A DNA stretch of 64,000 nt from Rotaria socialis (taxonomy: Eukaryota). The stretch is taken from positions 372,001-436,000 of the forward strand of contig CAJNYD010000012.1 in assembly GCA_905331295.1 (NCBI GenBank), read 5' to 3'. The notes beneath the pieces were generated by a model that made no database searches, was not told where the DNA came from, and was given only the letters and a program-made list of their open reading frames with translations. A program made the translations under genes and the position numbers. Positions 10,899-26,197 of the stretch are shown here, in pieces. Every line of letters begins with the position of its first letter. The first letter of the stretch is position 1.

Positions 10899-13800
10899 AT
10901 GTCTTACGAGTCGACAAAAACTAGTACGAATACAGCTGTTAGCAGTAGCGGTGGTGGAGAAATAATGGCCAGTGAAATGTCATCACACACAGCAGCAAAT
11001 AATTTATATTCAAACAATAATAATCCTAATAGACTACAAGCTATGATTATGAATCCCATGATGGGTACTGGTAATTATTTTAATGGACCACCACAAGGTA
11101 CTCCTCAACAAGCTCAAATGCCATATCGTCCTATGTATCAACAATATCCACCAGGATCTCATCACCATCCTCAACATCACCAAATTGTAAGTTGTCGTTT
11201 TTTTGTTTTTTATTCTGTCAATTTTTCTAAACAAAAAAGAAAAATATATATACACTATTATGATGAGAAATCTATATAATAATGATAATAATATTCAGTT
11301 ATCGCCATTTGACACATACGAATCACGTACAAGTGGTTATTATTCATCATATTGTCATGATACTGGTGTTTATGAACATCAGCAAGTATCAGCAGGAAGA
11401 CATTATTATGGAAATTACGGCGAAAACCAAGTTGAGGTAGTGCACCTTTGTGTGTTCATATACATATATGTATATATTTTCGTCTAACCACTGTATATGT
11501 ATTTATATATATATATATATTTCTTGTTTCCTTTGCACGTGTGATATTTTGTAAAATATTGTTGTCGAGCAAATTCCAGAAAAAATCAGGTTTTGAACAT
11601 AATTTTCTTTGTAATTTAGTCGTCACCATATTCTTCAAAAGATGGTTGTTTGCCATCATCGTCAACAACAAATAATAATGCCGAACTGGTATGTAGTATT
11701 TTTAGGTACCACATAAATAAATTGACATATGAGTACAATGGTTTGTTGTTTCTTGTATTGAATGACATAAGAGACTAACGTGATCATAGTAATAGAAAGG
11801 AAAAAAGGACAAGTGTAATTTAACAACTTACCTTTTCTATTACTAGCGTCAAATATAAACTTCATATGAATACTAAATAACTAAATATAAAAAAAACAGA
11901 GAAAGAGCAAGAGACTGAAAGACATGCAATGTCTCATTATCAAATAACCTTGATTTCTTTTTTCTTTCATCATGATCGTCTGTCTTATATGTTATTTTTT
12001 TATTTTCTACCGGGTATGTTTTTGTTGTTGTTCACATGTCAAGAGACACCAATTTCCCTCTTTTTCTCTTTCATATGAAACAGCTGATTTCATTGACGAC
12101 CACATACATTGAGTGTTCTTTAATTGGACATTTACAAATGAGAGTGGGGCGGGGTGAGAAACGAAAGAGAAGATTGCCAAAAGAGGCAGAGAGATGAAGA
12201 AAGAGAGATACGGTTGAGTTGTATGAATGAATGAAGATGAAGTGGGTGTATACGTTAAGAGATTTTCATTCATCACCATCTGATCGACATACAAAACGTG
12301 CATTCGGCTGGCAAGTTTACTTTTTGTATTGCTGTCAGAAAGTAGTTGCCCGTAAAGACGTCCATAATTTGAAGAATTAAATAATTGTATAGACATGCCA
12401 TCAGTCTACTATGAAAAAGAAACCTAGCTCAATCATCGTTGATATGAATGAGAAGCTAATGTCTAATTTTCATTGATCATTTGTGTTTTAGAATGCAACT
12501 GATTCAACAACAGCATCACATGATCAACAACAGCAAGGTGGTAATATGGCGATGGCAACAGCACAAACACCACCAGGTAAGACTGTTGTACAAAAAATAA
12601 TTTTTTTTAGGGCGATGGGCTATAAAAAAAAAGAGTGTAATTGTTAGTATCATTATTTGTTTGCCTATCATTATTATTGTATTTCATCTGTGTAAAAAAG
12701 TGTACTATATCGAACCAAATTCAACATAAGCCACTGCTGTTCTTTTTTTTGTATACTCGACAATTTTTCCTTTTTTTGCGCTCGCCCTCTGTCGCCTTTT
12801 ATTCTAATATTGCTTGAAGACTTCATCTTTTTACTATATGCGCGTGTCTTTGTATTTCTAAGCTAAATCGTTATGATTTTTTTTGTTCTAGGGAATAGCA
12901 GTTATAGCAATTCCTCCATGATGCCACCGCCTCATCCAACATCGAAGCAACAACAACCATATGCCAATTATTCACAACAACAAGGTTTGTCATTAGAATT
13001 CATAAAAAAAAGAAAGAACGGCGGTTTTTCAAAACTAGTCTCCTTCTTCATCTTTATTCTTTTGCGTCTTCTTTTCATTTGCCCTGCTTCTGCCTCCACC
13101 ATCATCGTTATTGTCGTCGTCGAGCAAATGCAATGCAAAGAACATAGTCGTTCTTTTTTTTTCTTTTTTTTGCGCGTTCTACTTTTCCTTCTTGCCATCT
13201 ATTCATCGACGGCGAACATACAGGCAGCCTCGTTGCTTACTTGATTATTTTCCTGTTCCCTCTATTCGTGCATGGGAGCGAGCGGGCGAACAAGTAAGCA
13301 AATGCGCGCTCGTCCTATAGCCCCGGAGAATGAAACAACAAGCAGCAGAAGCATCAGCAGTACAACGAGATGTTATGTGTGTGTGTGTGTGTGCCTGTCA
13401 TTTACCGCCATCGCTTTGCACACTCACATATATTGAGAATAGAATAGTGGCGACGGCGACTACTACTGCATAGGGAAGTTTCATTCTTTTCTATTCTTTC
13501 TCGCTCTCTCTCTCTTTCTTTCTCTTTCCCTTTCCCTCTGCTTTCGTTCGCTTGCTGCACTGCTGATGTTGTACGCGCTGTACGAGCATCTCATTGATGA
13601 TTATTAAATGCAAGAAGAAAAAAAACGAAGAGCAGCACATGCACTGCTAGTTTTATCATATTTTATTTTATTTTATAGGCGACATGTATAGTAGAACATC
13701 AAATAATGGTAGTGCACCTCAATATGTTCCTCAATACGCACAGTATCCACCTGGAAGTGCTGGAATGATGAATCCACGATCACCAGCACCTAATACGAAT

Positions 13801-16800
13801 GCTTATCGGCCACCATATCCGTCTGGATCGCCATATCAAAATGGAATAGGATCACCATCAACAACATCATCATCGGGAAAGTCTACGTCTCGTTCTCAAC
13901 AACTTTCACCTAAACGCTCAAATTCACAATCAACAACACCACCACAACAGCCACGTTATCCAACTCCATATCCATCTTATTCAAATGGACCAGTCGCATA
14001 TAAACCAGGTGGTTCTAATGGCTACGGACCACCAAATTCACAACAACAACAACAACAACAACAGCAACAACAACAGCAACAATCATCATGGCCTCCACCA
14101 CCACCAGTGCAACGTGATGTTGTTACACCAGGTTTAGCTAGTAGTACTGGTGATTCAGATTCCAATTCAAGTAATGCATCGCAACAACCGGCATCATATT
14201 CATCTACCACACTGACAAACGGACCAACAACAGGAGGTTATCCACAATCAATGTCATCTGCATATAATAGTGGTAGTAATATGAATGATCCAACAAATAA
14301 TATGAATACAAGTGGACATCCTTATATGGATTCACAATATCCTAATATACCTCAGCCAAACTATGGCTATCCTCCACAACAAATGAGTAAATAGAATTTA
14401 TTTTATATTGATCATAACAAAATACAATTTGTATTCTTTTGAAAAAAAAATAGATCCATATGGTAATCATCCACCACAGATGCATGGTCAACCAACAAAT
14501 GATTTTCGTCCTCCACCTATACAATCTATGGATGATGATAGTAGCGCATATCGTAATAAACCACCATTGGCAATGATGATTGATCAACAACAACAACAAT
14601 CTCATCATCCAACTCTTCCAACTTCATTATCATCACAAGCGCAATCTATATCATCATCAACCAATGGACCGAAATCACCTAGTGGTACAAGCATGTCATC
14701 ATATGTTCCAGATGATGCTGATTCTAGTAATTCAAGTTTTCCTGATAGTCCACCACCATCACATGAGAAAGGTCAACAAAAACGTAAACTTTCATCTGCA
14801 ACATCAAATGCACATAGTACACCAGCTGAAGTTTTTACTAAATTACGTGATATGGGTGATGAATCAGAACGACAAGAACGATATTTGTTTGTTGAACGTT
14901 TACAAAAGCTATGGGAAGAAAATCAAATTGTTTGCCGTAATTTACCAAGTATATCAAAGCAAACCATTGATCTTTATCGCTTATATACGTGCGTACGTGA
15001 ACAGAATGGTTTTCAAGAATTTTCAAAAGTTGCTAAAAATCGTCATTGGCGTGATATAGCATCGAAACTAAACATTCCGAATTCATCAAGTGCAGCTTTT
15101 AATGTTAAACAAAAATATATTAATCTAAAATTATTTCATTACGAATGTAAATATGATCGTGGTGGAATTAATCCTGAACCCATATTAGGTGAAATCGAAA
15201 AACAACAAGGTAAACGTACAAAAACACCAAAGAAAGGAGCTAACAACAGTGGTACAGCAGCGAATAATACAAATGATAGCACAAATGATGGTAAAACAGC
15301 CTCTCCACAAGTACATTCGCAATCTCAACCACCCGTTTTCTCCCAACAACAACCGCAGCAACCACCTGTTCAAGATCCTTATCGAGGCTATCCTCCACCA
15401 CTATCAGCGCAAAGCCATCCGCATCAAATGGGTCATCCTCAACAACAATATCGACCAATGCAAATGCCCATGCATCCATATGGTACACCAGGCAATGAAA
15501 TGCAACCACCCTATGATCCATCATCAAGTGGACAAATGATGTATAGTAATCTTGAAATGGATTATCAACGTGTTGGTTATCCACCAGGACAACAACCTCC
15601 GCAGATGATGAAACCACCATCAAACGTCTATGGGATGCCACCACCTCCACAATCACAAGTTGCACAACCACCATCATCAATGGCACCACAACATCGACCA
15701 CCAGGACCATATCCATCTATCGCTTCAAAGCCACAACAACAAATGGTTCCTTCGTCACAACAAGATTATAATGCACCATCAGCATCGAATGTAATGTGTG
15801 CTCCACCTAACCAACAAGCACCGCCAACACAAGTGTCGCAACCACCGCCGTTGCAACAACAACAACAACAACAGCAGCAGCAGCAGCAACCACCAACATC
15901 GGCAACAGGGCCACAACAAACGTACCATTATCAACCTCAACAACCAATGCCAAGGTAAAACTACGAAACAAAAAAAAAGAAATAATTGAAATTTTCGTAT
16001 TACCAATTGAAGTGAAAAACATTAATGTTTATTTATTTTTCTGATTTCTAGCGCATATCCACCATTGGGCTATCAACAATCACGTCCACCAATGATGAGT
16101 GGGCCACCACAAACACACGATCCATACTTATCTCAACAAGTTCCACCTAATCAAACATATCCAAATCAAGTTCCGCCAAATTATATGTATAAAAAATCTG
16201 AAAGTTCAACAACAGATTCATCTAATCTCGATAATCAAGATGTTAATAAAGGAAATAAAATATTAATGAATCAACTTCGTTCATCATTTTCAAATACATC
16301 TATGTTACCAACATCGACACCTATTTCAATTTTAACTTCATCAACAACATCAGCAACGTCAACAAATGCTACCATAACACCGTCATCAATGCCAACAACT
16401 AGTTTTCCTCCGAATTCAATTGAAGCAACAACGCTTTCTTCAAAAGTTAAACGTAAAAAGTTAACAGCCAAAGATGTCAGTATGTATCATTATTCGAAAC
16501 ACATCGTTGACTTTGTTTTCTTTTTAATAATATTCTAAATTTTTTCTTCTAGCTCCAGTCGATCCATGGAAACTAATGATGTCATTACGTGGTGGTTTAC
16601 TTGCTGAAACGACATGGGCATTAGATACAATTAATATAATGTTAACAGATGATCAAACTCATACATATTTTCGTTTAAAACAAATGCCTGGTCTATTACA
16701 AGCTATTGTTGATATTTATCTTAAATGTTTAACACAATTATTTGATGAATTTAAAAGTTCACCATCAAATATTGAAGATCAACAACCATTATTAAAAGAT

Positions 16801-18734
16801 TTAAATGGTTCATCACATTTAACATGTACAACAATAAAAAAGCATGAAAATAAACAGCAAGAGTCAACTATTTATCGTGTTGAATCAAATTCATTAAATA
16901 AATATAGACGAAAATACAATAAAGAACAATCAGTTGTTTACGATCGTGTTTGTGATGAGCAAGGCAATGAAAAGACCGATCCAACCGATGTATGTTTCTT
17001 TTTATTCCTCAATCTCTTTCTATTATTCTAAAAGGAAAAGGAACTCATTTTTTCTCTTTGCATATAATTTAGGTATTAGATCTGCAGAATACAGATGATT
17101 TAAGTTATGTACGTACACATTTTGATCCATTTCGTGTTGATGATAATTTTTATGAAGAACTTTACTACGGTAATCATACAGATCATTCATTAAATAATTC
17201 GTATGAACAAGAAACAACGAAAAAATCTCAAATATCATCGCGTAAACGTACAAAAATATCTGGCGATGATGATGATAATAATAATAATAATAATAATAAT
17301 AACGACGCCGGAGAAGCAGTCATTAATGAAATAACACCATCAGATAATTCAAAACGTCGTCGATATGATTCGGATTCATTAATTGAAATTTCAGATAGTA
17401 ATCAAGAATTTCTTGAACGTTATAAACGAAGATTTGAATATGATGAAAATCAAACATATGAACTCTATTCTGGTATATGTTCATCTTCATCATCATCATC
17501 ATCGTCATCAATGAATAAATTAAATCATAAAGATTTTGATTCATGTACAAGGTCAAATGATCAACAAGACAATGTATCATCATTATTTACCTATCATTCA
17601 ATTGCATATGATCAAATATGTGCACGTTGTACATGTGTATCATCAATTATACGTAATCTCAGTTTTATCTTAGGCAATGATATTGAATTGGTTAAATGCA
17701 AAACACTAATTGGTTTATTAGCTCGTCTCTTATTACTCAGGCATGGCATTGATCACAATCATATGTCAGATAATCAATCATCTATGGACGAAACAGTAAA
17801 TCAAAATCAATTAAAAGTAAAGTTTTCTTTTACTATTTAAAAAAAGAAAAATAAATAACACTTCATTTTTACGTTTTAGACTGACGAACAAAAATGTTCA
17901 CCATCATTTTTTTGGGCAGAATGTGTATTAAATGTACGTGAAAATACTCTTGTTACATTAGCCAATATTGCCGGTACACTTGTACTTGATATATTTGATT
18001 CGGATTTATTGTATACATTAATCGATGGTCTTTTACATTGGTCAACATGCTACTCGGGCGAAGCTATTGATTCATTACAGTCATCGTTATTATCAGCACA
18101 ACGTTTAGCGATCGAAATTTTAACAAAATTAAGTGTACATGAAATGAATATGGATTTTATATTAGCAACACCACCATTCTATCGTATTGTATCATTATTT
18201 CATGTTTTAACTGATTGGTTAATTGTTGATGATATCAATGGCGGTATATCAAATTGGCATCCACCATCACTAACATCATCAACACATTATTATGCAAATG
18301 TATCACGGCCACAATCACATATACAACGCGAATTTGCTATTGTTCTATTAAATGCATTAGTACGATGTGATTCATTAGCTTCAAGTGTTATTGCACACAT
18401 ACCGTACGCTATATCATTATTATTGAATTTCTTAGAAGATTATGAAATGAAAACAAATGAATTAATGGTACGTTATGGTCCTGATTATGTTATACGTTTA
18501 ACAACTCAACCATCAAATACTCAACATGCTGAACAAATTCTATTTACAACAGGTGATATGTTGAAACGTGCAGCAACATGTTTATTATCAATAGTTAGTT
18601 ATTCGGATAATATTAAAATGGTGAAACGATATGAAGATCGAATATTAAATTTATCTACTTCGCATGTTATTGATTCAAATGTTGGACGTGTTCTTACAGA
18701 CGTTTTGCACTATTGTTCATTGCACAACAGTTGA
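10899..18734 (+). CDS. ARID1: ARID1/osa (BAF250) SWI/SNF subunit, multi-exon
   Basis: Q/P-rich N-terminus; ARID domain (IDLYRLYTCVREQNGFQEFSKVAKNRHWRDIASKLNIPNSSSAAFNVKQKYINL); BAF250_C motifs PWKLMMSLRGGLLAETTWALDTINIML, RENTLVTLANIAG, SAQRLAIEILTKLSVHEMNMDFILATPPF. Confidence 0.96.
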
Positions 18735-19040
18735 TTTGTTTTCTTCTTTTTTTCTTTCTTTTTTTTTTTGAATGTATAGTCTCCACTTTGTACAGATACT
18801 TTTTTTCTCTTTTGGCCTTAGTATTAGAGGAATATATGGTAACATAAAAAAATTTAGCGAAAACAAAGCAAATGTACACTCATGAATGAGGACGAGCAAG
18901 GAAAAAAAGAAATATTATAATGTGTTTTGTTGTTACTATTCTTATTTATACCTTCTTGTATGTGTACATTTTTTTTTGAGAAATGTATTTTTGTGTGGTC
19001 ATACAAAAAAATAACGTTTTCATGTTCTTATGGATGGATG

Positions 19041-19042
<2 letters not shown>

Positions 19043-19077
<35 letters not shown>
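19043..19077. repeat. (GT)n microsatellite downstream of ARID1
   Basis: About 17 GT units, read directly. Confidence 0.95.
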
Positions 19078-19080
<3 letters not shown>

Positions 19081-21241
19081 TTGTTCTTTCTCGGCCTACT
19101 ACTTCTTCATTTTTTTTCATACACACACTCCGTGTTTGATTATTTGTTTGCTGTTCTATATCTCTTTCTCGTGTATGCTCTGCTGTTTTTTAAAACACTA
19201 ATTCTGTCTTTGTCTCTTTTTCTTCGTTTTTTTTCTCTTCTTGATCATCTTGCTGCGACGGAAATATATAAACACATAATGTGTCAAAATTATTTCAATG
19301 CTTCTATTGATAATATAGAAAATTTTCAGAGATCTAAAATTGGAACCTTTGTAGGTGTGTAGGCTTTTGTTGAACGAAAAATAATTATGTGGCAAGTCAT
19401 TTTCGAGCATTCAAAAAAAAATTATACGACACAAACATGTTTATTGCAAACATTGATGTCAATTACTAGATAATTCTCTCATAAACTATCTTAGATAATC
19501 GATTATTGAAAGGAATAGTTACAACTATTATGCATCATTTTTAGTCAAATGTATACAAATTTGTAGAGCTTCAGGACGTTACATAGATTGATTTCTGTAC
19601 CATGTAATTTTTCTGACGTTCATATATACAGTAAGAATTTATCTTAATAATAAATAGATTTTTGAGAGTTGTAGCAATTTTTTTGTGCTGATACAATAGT
19701 CGATAAACAATGAGACAAGTACTATCTGACTCAGAATTGTTTTATAATATTAAAAATCTAATGAATATAATATTCTTTTGAATTAATAAACCTCAGCAAT
19801 AATAATGACAGCTTATGAAAGAATTAACTAGACTAGAGCAAGTTGATCAATATATGTAAAGTCTTTCAAATCTTTTTAGTTGTTAATTGAATTCGTCAGC
19901 TAATTTCATATCCAATTAAAATATTATTTTCTTTGACAATTGAATTTCAATTTAATGAGTTTACTAATTTAACATATTGAATATTCAAGAATAATCTATC
20001 TCCATTCTGTACAACATACTACGACATCTAGTTTCAATCACTACAAATATAGGCTAATTATTGTACAAATGATATATTTCTGTGCGATACAAGGACATAC
20101 TAGAGTTCTTTAAAAACTTGTTCGTCCATAGACAATAAATACTCATATGCATACATATTTGCTCTATTATTATGTTGATAGAGACATCACTTGCCTACCA
20201 ACAGGAATAGAAGAGAAAACCTCTATTGAACATTTCTCCTTCATTCAATCTACTTGCTTACTTTTTCTTTCGTTCTGTTCTTATTGATCGGTTCGTTCTG
20301 TACACATTTTTTTCTGACGTTTTTCTCGTTTCTTCTCGATGAGGTTGACCGTGGCGTGAACGTATTCGAAGCATCTGAACTTTCGAATTTTTAGACCTCT
20401 TCCACATTTCATTATTCTACTCATTTGTTATCAACAGAGCAATACAACAAAAAAATAAATAAACGAGCCGACATTGACAATGGTAGATAAGAAAAAATAG
20501 AACATGTTCATTCACAGTTAACTAAAATAAGAAGATTTCTTTTTGTTGTTGTTGCGATGATAAACGAGGAGTGATCGACATAGACGTATAGTTGTGTAAA
20601 CAACAACAACAGATTAGAACTTTTATTGATGTAAATACTCGATACAGATGCATGGTCATCCATTGAATTTTTCTCATTGAAGTATGTATACATCTATTTA
20701 AGATAATAAAAAATACACGTTCTATCTATTCCATAACATCTCTAAAGAGAACTGATTACTCAGACAAGCACATGTTTTCTCTCTTCATCTATTTTCTTTG
20801 TGCTTCCTCCTTCGGTCCGTGATTCAATAAATACCACCAGGATTACACACATTCATTCTTTCTCGCTTTTTTTCGCATTTTTTATTTATGTCTAAAACTT
20901 CTTAACGTAGTATGTAGTTTGTATTCGTCTATTCATTTTCTCTTCGTTATATTTTTTGCGAAACAACGTACACAGAATACAAGCAATAGCGATAGACGCA
21001 TGAGTATTAAATGATCAATTGCGTTCTTGTTTTTTTTCTCTCTTTCATGACTGTAATTATTTCTGATAAGGCATAAAAAGGAAAATGCTCATTTATCAAT
21101 AAAAATAACATATACGACGAGACTGTTCGATGTAAAAATGCTATTCATTCCATGATATTTTTTTCGTATTTATATCGAACATGCTATTCTTTGTTTTTTA
21201 CTTATAAAATAATAAGTTTTGGCATTTAGTTTTCAGATACA

Positions 21242-23233
21242 ATGATTTCTAAGTACTTTTTTATTTTAATTACATTGGCTTTATTACAATATTCATGTAA
21301 GTTCGAAAATTTATTTTACAAATTAAAATATAGCAATAAGACATTCTATTTTAGACTCATTTCAATCAGGATATACATGTGAAACATCAGTTACATTAGC
21401 ATGTCCGAAGGGAAGAAAATTACTTATATTAGAAGTAACATATTCGTCTGAATGTCCCAGTTTAGAAGAAGAGAAAACTGGTGGTACAAATTATGCACCA
21501 TCTCGTTGTATTGGTTATTATCGAGAACGAACAAGTACTTTATGCAATGGACAAGAAATTTGCACAATAGACAATACTCTTGGACAGAGACCATCATTTC
21601 TTGTTGGAAAACAAGCTAACTGTGAATTTACCGGTCAAAGTATTAATGTCGATTATTCATGCATACCTGGTAAAATATAAATATTGACCAGTTACTATTT
21701 TCCTAAATGAAAATAAATTATTTTAGATTTTTATTCGAGTAAATTACCCCGCATTGACATCTGTTCATTACAATCACTTCATGGTGTTGCCGAAGGTTTT
21801 ATTCATACACCAAACTATCCAAATGGTTATCCGAATAATCTCGAATGTTCAAAAGCAGTACCATCACCAGATGTTGGTCATCGGTAACTCTTTCGTACTT
21901 TTCGTTAAAATAGAAAATTTCTATTGTTTTTTTTTTATCTAGATTAAAAATATATGTTCTTAATTTTGATGTTGAAGGTTTAAGTGTACTTCGATTTTTT
22001 GGTATTAAGCGTAGTAATGATTGGCTTAAAATTAATAATAGTGGAGAAAAAATGAGTGGTACATTACCTGCATACACACTTCTCTTCGATGATATCATTG
22101 AAGCATCGTTAATGTTCAAATCGGACTTTGCTAATACGAAACGATCATACTCTGGTTTTTTACTTTATTTTATTGGTAAACCAAAAGAAAAAACAAGAAC
22201 GCTTTCTTCATATTTAAATAATTGTTTTCATTCATCTAGCTATACCAATTCGTGCTTCTCGACCCTCAACTACAAGTACAATCATATCAACAACAGAAAA
22301 TTCGTCAAGGATTGATCCAGCTATAATATCGACGCTTTCAAATAATGATAAATCAATGGATTTAATGCGATCGAAAACTTCTGCCCTTATATCAAATGAA
22401 CGACGTCACAGTAGGTTTCTCCATAAAAAAAATTAGAAGAAAAACAGTTTGATTTTTTTTTCGAAATTTAGATAATGTTGGTTTAACATTACTTGTTGTT
22501 CTGTTAGCTGGCATTCTTTTTGTTTGTTTCTGTGCATTTATACTTTATAAACGGTAAATTTTCTTTTTGTTATTATTATTATTATTATTTATTACTATAA
22601 TTATTTTATTTCTACTTCAGACGTAATGATCGCCGTGTTCGTTATTTAACTGAAATGTTCAATTCATTTTTTCCAAGTAAACCAAAAAATGTATCACTTA
22701 ATACAACAGGTAATAATGATGAAACAATATTAAATAATACTGTACAATCGAAACTTGATGTATCATTAATGAGTAATGATGAAAAATTTTCAAAAACAAA
22801 TCATTATGATGAAGTATTTGTTCAAACACCGAAAGCGAAACATGTAAATATAAATGAAAAACGTGAAAATCAAGAAAAACAAATTTTTATTGAAAATCTT
22901 AAAACATGTCCATCACCATATTCATCATATCGACGTTCAGATAATAAATTTAATTCAAAAGAACAAATTAATAATGAAAAAACAAAAAATTCAAATATTT
23001 ACTCACAAGAACCACTTGCTCAAGTTAAGTTCAGTGAAAATCTTGATAACGATACACTTCTTTATGAATATATTGATTTAAATCAATCAACAGAACAACA
23101 TACAGTTGAAGAGTCAGAACAAGAACAACCACAAGAAGTTATTTATGATGTTATTAATCCAAACAATGAACGACCTGTTCACTTACAAACAGATTATGAT
23201 TCTGGAATGTATGCAACACCGAAGGACATTTGA
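21242..23233 (+). CDS. Type I membrane protein: signal peptide, SUEL/galactose-binding-lectin-like domain, CUB domain, S/T stalk, TM helix, Tyr-motif cytoplasmic tail
   Basis: MISKYFFILITLALLQYS; TCETSVTLACPKGRKLLILEVTY...CNGQEICTID...INVDYSCIP (SUEL-like); GFIHTPNYPNGYPNNLEC...LKIYVLNFDVE...FKSD...GFLLYF (CUB); TM VGLTLLVVLLAGILFVCFCAFILYKR; short GT-AG introns. Confidence 0.85.
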
Positions 23234-24115
23234 TTTTCTTTCTTTCTTTTGTTTGAATGTTAATACGAAACAAATATCAAGTTGATAGAAAAAATACATG
23301 ATCCGTTTTTGTGAAATCTCCTTCAGTAGATTCATATACGTAGTTTTCTGTGGTGTTAATTATCAAATATGGTACTTCTTTTTCTGTAAATATTTATACA
23401 TTTCATACGCATGTTAAAACGAATGTTTTCTTTCCTTCAAATTTTTTTCGATGAATATAACTTTTTTCTTTTTTCTCAATCGAAGTTGGTTCAGTCGTCT
23501 TTTTTCTGATTAAATATAAAATGGCAAAGTATGTATACATAAACATTTAAAAATTTGCATGCGTATCTATTTGACATGTTCATTTGATGAAAAGAAAAGA
23601 AAAATTCGTGAATTATATTGATCGAGTAAATAACGATTTTGATTCAGTTTGTTGACAAATTGAACGTGGTAATTAAGGATAGTTTCGTTAAATATTAAAA
23701 TAGACATGTTCCGATGTTATGAATTCTATATGATAGTTAAATTTAAATTCCAAGTTTATTTCTGATAATATCAAATATGCACTATTGAACTCAATTCTTG
23801 TAGTCAAAGTCAGTTGTTTTATTAGTTGAGTGCAATATATCTAGTTTTATATAAAGAATGTAGAATTTTAACTTATCGCTCCAACAATGTTACAACGATA
23901 AAATATTAAGTAGATTAGTGCCTTAAGATGACTTTCAATATTTTATAACCATTCAAATCTATTAAATCACGTAAGGTAATAAAACATCTGATATTAGTTT
24001 TCAATTAAGTCTATAATCCCTTTTAATTTTGAATTATCTGAACCTACTTTTGTTTACATCGATGGTGCATATTTTTGCATTACATTATCTATAGTTCAAT
24101 GTCCTTATTTATTTG

Positions 24116-24276
24116 GGATTACATGAATTTCGGCCCAAGGAATTTTCGGGCCGGACTTTCGGCCTCAAATGAAATTTTTTTTATCATAAAACTGGGTCTT
24201 TCTCATCCTCATATTCATTTCATGATGGTCCGAAAGTCCGGCCCGAAAATTCCTTGGGCCGAAATTCCGGGCTCCC
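24116..24276. mobile_element. 160-bp MITE, minimal derivative of the 6442-7265 family
   Basis: Same termini (ttacatgaatttcggccc...gggccgaaattccgg) with ~50-bp TIRs; no clear TSD. Confidence 0.85.
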
Positions 24277-26197
24277 GTCTAGGCTAGTATGCTAGATTCT
24301 CACGTACTTCGTGTCAAATTGAATCCATTTTCGCAATCAAGCACGGCACGAGAAAATAATTTCATTTACACAGATGAATCCACGGCTATCTGACATTCAA
24401 GCAACGTGGATCCATGAAAAGAAATCAAGCAGGGTATTTTTATTTTTTAAGAAGCCACGGATTATAATGAACACAAGCAATCATTTATTTTTAAACTAAT
24501 GCAATTGACTTGACTTGTATTAAAGGGTACATTCAAGATAAATTCAAGCAACTTTTTGATGAACAACGAAAATATTTTATTTTTTTTAATACTGTTGTTG
24601 CTAAATTAACGAACATGAATAGAAACTAATATAGTTTACTGAAAACTTTTCGAATGACCTTTTATATTATTTAAAAAGAAAAAGTAGACAAAACAACTGA
24701 ACATCTTAGAATGTTATTGTCAAAGAAGGCCGATCATTTTTCAGAGTAGGATAGAATAATAAATTGATATATTTTATGATCTAATAAATAGTAGTTAACT
24801 ATTTCTTTTTGCAAGTTAAACCATGTGAAAATTTTGAATTTCATTGTTATCTGATCATACAGTGTACACATCGAAAAATAGTGTATCCATAATGTCAACT
24901 TAAAAAAGTTTTGTTTGGTTAAAGTTTTTAGCAAAACATTGTCACTATTTTTCTTTCTATTTTTAAATACAGAAAGTGTTAAATGTTCACGTTTATTAGG
25001 ATGCATAGTCGAAACAAATTCGATGTGTACTGCTGTATTCAAAAATGAATGAAACAAAATCACATAGAAGATAGACTATTTTACTTTTATTCTGGATTGC
25101 TTTTAATTAAATTTTTCAAAAAATTGAACAAAACTTTTACAGTTTAATTACCATTTTGAGAACAGATTAATCTTAGTCAAATCTGACCGTCAGAATCACT
25201 CTGATCTCAATCGATTGATACAGATTAGAGCTATCATTTATGCAGAGAGTATTTATTAGAAAAAGTGTCCCATAACAACGAATATCTGAAGTGCACATTG
25301 AAAACTTCCAGCAGATGGTTAGAAATAGTTTCTAGTCTAGCATCAATTACTAAAACTTAACTCTATCAATTCAGTTGAAATATTTCGCAAAAAGTTCCTT
25401 TGAATTTATGGTATATTCAGATTTCGGAAAAAGGAAATGCTCAAAATTATTGAAATCTGAATCAACTCGATAACTATCTGGAAGAACATATTGAATGGCT
25501 TTTGAAAAATGTTGAACATTTTAGGTATATTTCTAACTTGAGTAAGTACACCATTTTGAGAACTACCCAACACAATTTCGAACACAAAGGCTTAAAATTT
25601 CAGAAACTTCGGAAATTCTTTGTTTTGGAAGCATGAACGCTGTTATTTTTCTCGATTTTATCTCATTCCACATTCTTGACGTTTAGGCTAATATTTATCT
25701 CACAAAAATAGATTCGATCACTCAATTTACTCTAAGCATGTTAGCGCTTGATCCATTGAGAAATTGTTGAGACAATTAAAAGTATGCTCTATGTACTCGT
25801 GTGCGATCATTGTTGCTGTTATTTTATATAGTATTTTAAATCAGAGTTGTTACTTAGTCAATTAGTATTATCAGCTACAAAACTAGGCATCTTGACAAAA
25901 GCATCGTTATATTGCATCAAGAAAAAACGTATTTACCTTTTAACCTGACCTGTGCCAAAGGACATTTGTCTCTTGAAATAAATCACTAATCTATTTATTG
26001 ATAACAGTGGAATGCTTTAATATACGTACTATGTATCAGGAAGATAAATGATTAGAAAAATGTCGCATGATAATTATTTTCCAACGTTGAATAGGCTATG
26101 CAGTCGGAGATATTTGTTCTCTCACTGATTTCGATACATAACGATATTGATGTACTTGCGTAATTAATATAGAAGAAAAGCTGTTTCACATTCGGTG

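Noticed and set aside
14022..16022. Antisense and alternate-frame ORFs with poly-Cys/Val/Leu inside ARID1
   Set aside because: Shadows of CAA/CCA-rich codons of the real gene.
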